This document shows, piece after piece, positions 62,557-64,000 of a stretch of 64,000 nt of DNA (position 1 is its first letter; each line of letters opens with the position of its first letter). The translations under genes and the position numbers were made by a program. Below the pieces are notes generated by a model that worked only from the letters and a program-made list of their open reading frames with translations, was not told the origin of the DNA and ran no database searches. Source of the stretch: Heptranchias perlo (taxonomy: Eukaryota); assembly GCF_035084215.1 (NCBI RefSeq), contig NC_090357.1, positions 12,462,001 to 12,526,000 of the forward strand. The letters run 5' to 3'.

Positions 62557-64000
62557 ATAAGAACATAAGAAGAACATAAGAAATAGGAGCAGGAGTAGGC
62601 CAATCGGCCCCTCGAGCCTACTCCACCATTCAATAAGATCATGGCTGATCTGATCCTAACCTCAAATCTAAAGAACACAAGAGGTAGGAGCAGGACCTGG
62701 CCACTCAGCCCCTGAGCCCGCTCTGCCACCCACAGGGCCTTGACCGATCCGAACTCAGCTTCATGTCCAATTTCCTGCCCGCTCCCCGTAACCCCTAATT
62801 CCCTTTACTTCTAGGAAACTGTCTATTTCTGTTTTAAATTTATTTAATGATGTAGCTTCCACAGCTTCCTGGGGCAGCAAATTCCACAGACCTACTACCC
62901 TCTGAGTGAAGAAGTTTCTCCTCATCTCAGTTTTGAAAGAGCAGCCCCTTATTCTAAGATTATGCCCCCTAGTTCTAGTTTCACCCATCCTTGGGAACAT
63001 CCTTACCGCATCCACCCGATCAAGCCCCTTCACAATCTTATATGTTTCAATAAGATCGCCTCTCATTCTTCTGAACTCCAATGAGTAGAGTCCCAATCTA
63101 CTCAACCTCTCCTCATATGTCCACCCCCTCATCCCCGGGATTAACCGAGTGAACCTTCTTTGTACTGCCTTGAGAGCAAGTATGTCTTTTCTTAAGTATG
63201 GACACCAAAACTGTATGCAGTATTCCAGGTGCGGTCTCACCAATACCTTATATAACTGCAGCAATACCTCCCTGTTTTTATATTCTATCCCCCTAGCAAT
63301 AAAATCCAACATTTATCCCAACTCTCTGCTTCCTGTTAGATAACCAATCCTCCACCCATGCCAGAATATCACCCCAAATCCAGTGATTCTTTATCTTGAG
63401 CAATAATCTTTTATGTGGCACCTTGTCGAATGCCTTCTGGAAGTCTAAATACACTACGTCCACTGGTTTCCCTTTATCCACCCTGTACGTTATGTCCTCA
63501 AAGAACTCAAGCAAATTTGTCAGACATGACTTCCCCTTCATAAAGCCATGCTGACTTTGTCCTATTAAATTATGTTTATCCAAATGTTCCGCTACTGTCT
63601 CCTTAATAATAGACTCCAAAATTTTACCCACCACAGATGTTAGGCTAACTGGTCTATAATTTCCAGCCTTCTGCCTACTACCCATTTTAAATAAGGGTGT
63701 TACATTAGCAGTTTTCCAATCTGCCGGGACCTTTGCTGAGTCCAGAGAATTTTGGAAAATTATTACCAAAGCATCCACAATCCCTACTGCCACTTCCCTC
63801 AAGACCCTAGGATGTAAGCCATCAGGTCCAGGGGATTTATCCGCCTTGAGTCCCATTAATTTACTGAGTACCAATTCCTTAGTGATTTTAATCGTATTTA
63901 GCTCCTCCCCCCCTAGAACCCCCTGTTTGTCCAGTGTTGGGATATTCTTAGTGTCCTCTACCGTAAAGACTGAAATAAAATATTTGTTCAGCATTTTTGC
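62557..64000 (-). mobile_element. Young CR1 LINE with an internal deletion; runs off the window end
   Basis: KSPGPDGLHPRVL, NYRPVSLTS, QHGFMKGKSC and DFQKAFDKV are joined out of frame to MLDFIARG; tail cataagaa. Confidence 0.95.

Overview
Repeat-rich, gene-poor vertebrate genomic DNA. The mix of CR1, L2 and Penelope retroelements, Deu-domain SINEs, HE1/HER1-type tails and Harbinger derivatives points to a cartilaginous fish (shark); this is inferred from my recall of those families, not from a search. I could not identify any host protein-coding exon, so the window looks like a large intron or gene desert, with several repeat-free stretches resembling conserved non-coding enhancers. Every long ORF is transposon-derived. 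There are three young, near-identical CR1 reverse-transcriptase copies (1567-2820 +, 47391-48602 -, 62557-64000 -) and one 2.07-kb PIF/Harbinger element (23242-25308) with TIRs, a TAG target-site duplication, a Myb/SANT exon and a convergent truncated HARBI1-like transposase. Other notable structures are a duplicated 3' tail in the young CR1 family, a microhomology deletion removing the RT active site, a perfect 272-bp local duplication, a 29-bp repeat flanking a LINE (templated insertion or 3' transduction), an apparent inversion inside an L2, and an unidentified ~0.8-kb insert in a Penelope remnant. I found no convincing evidence of a wholly new biological system. Boundaries of old repeats are approximate.
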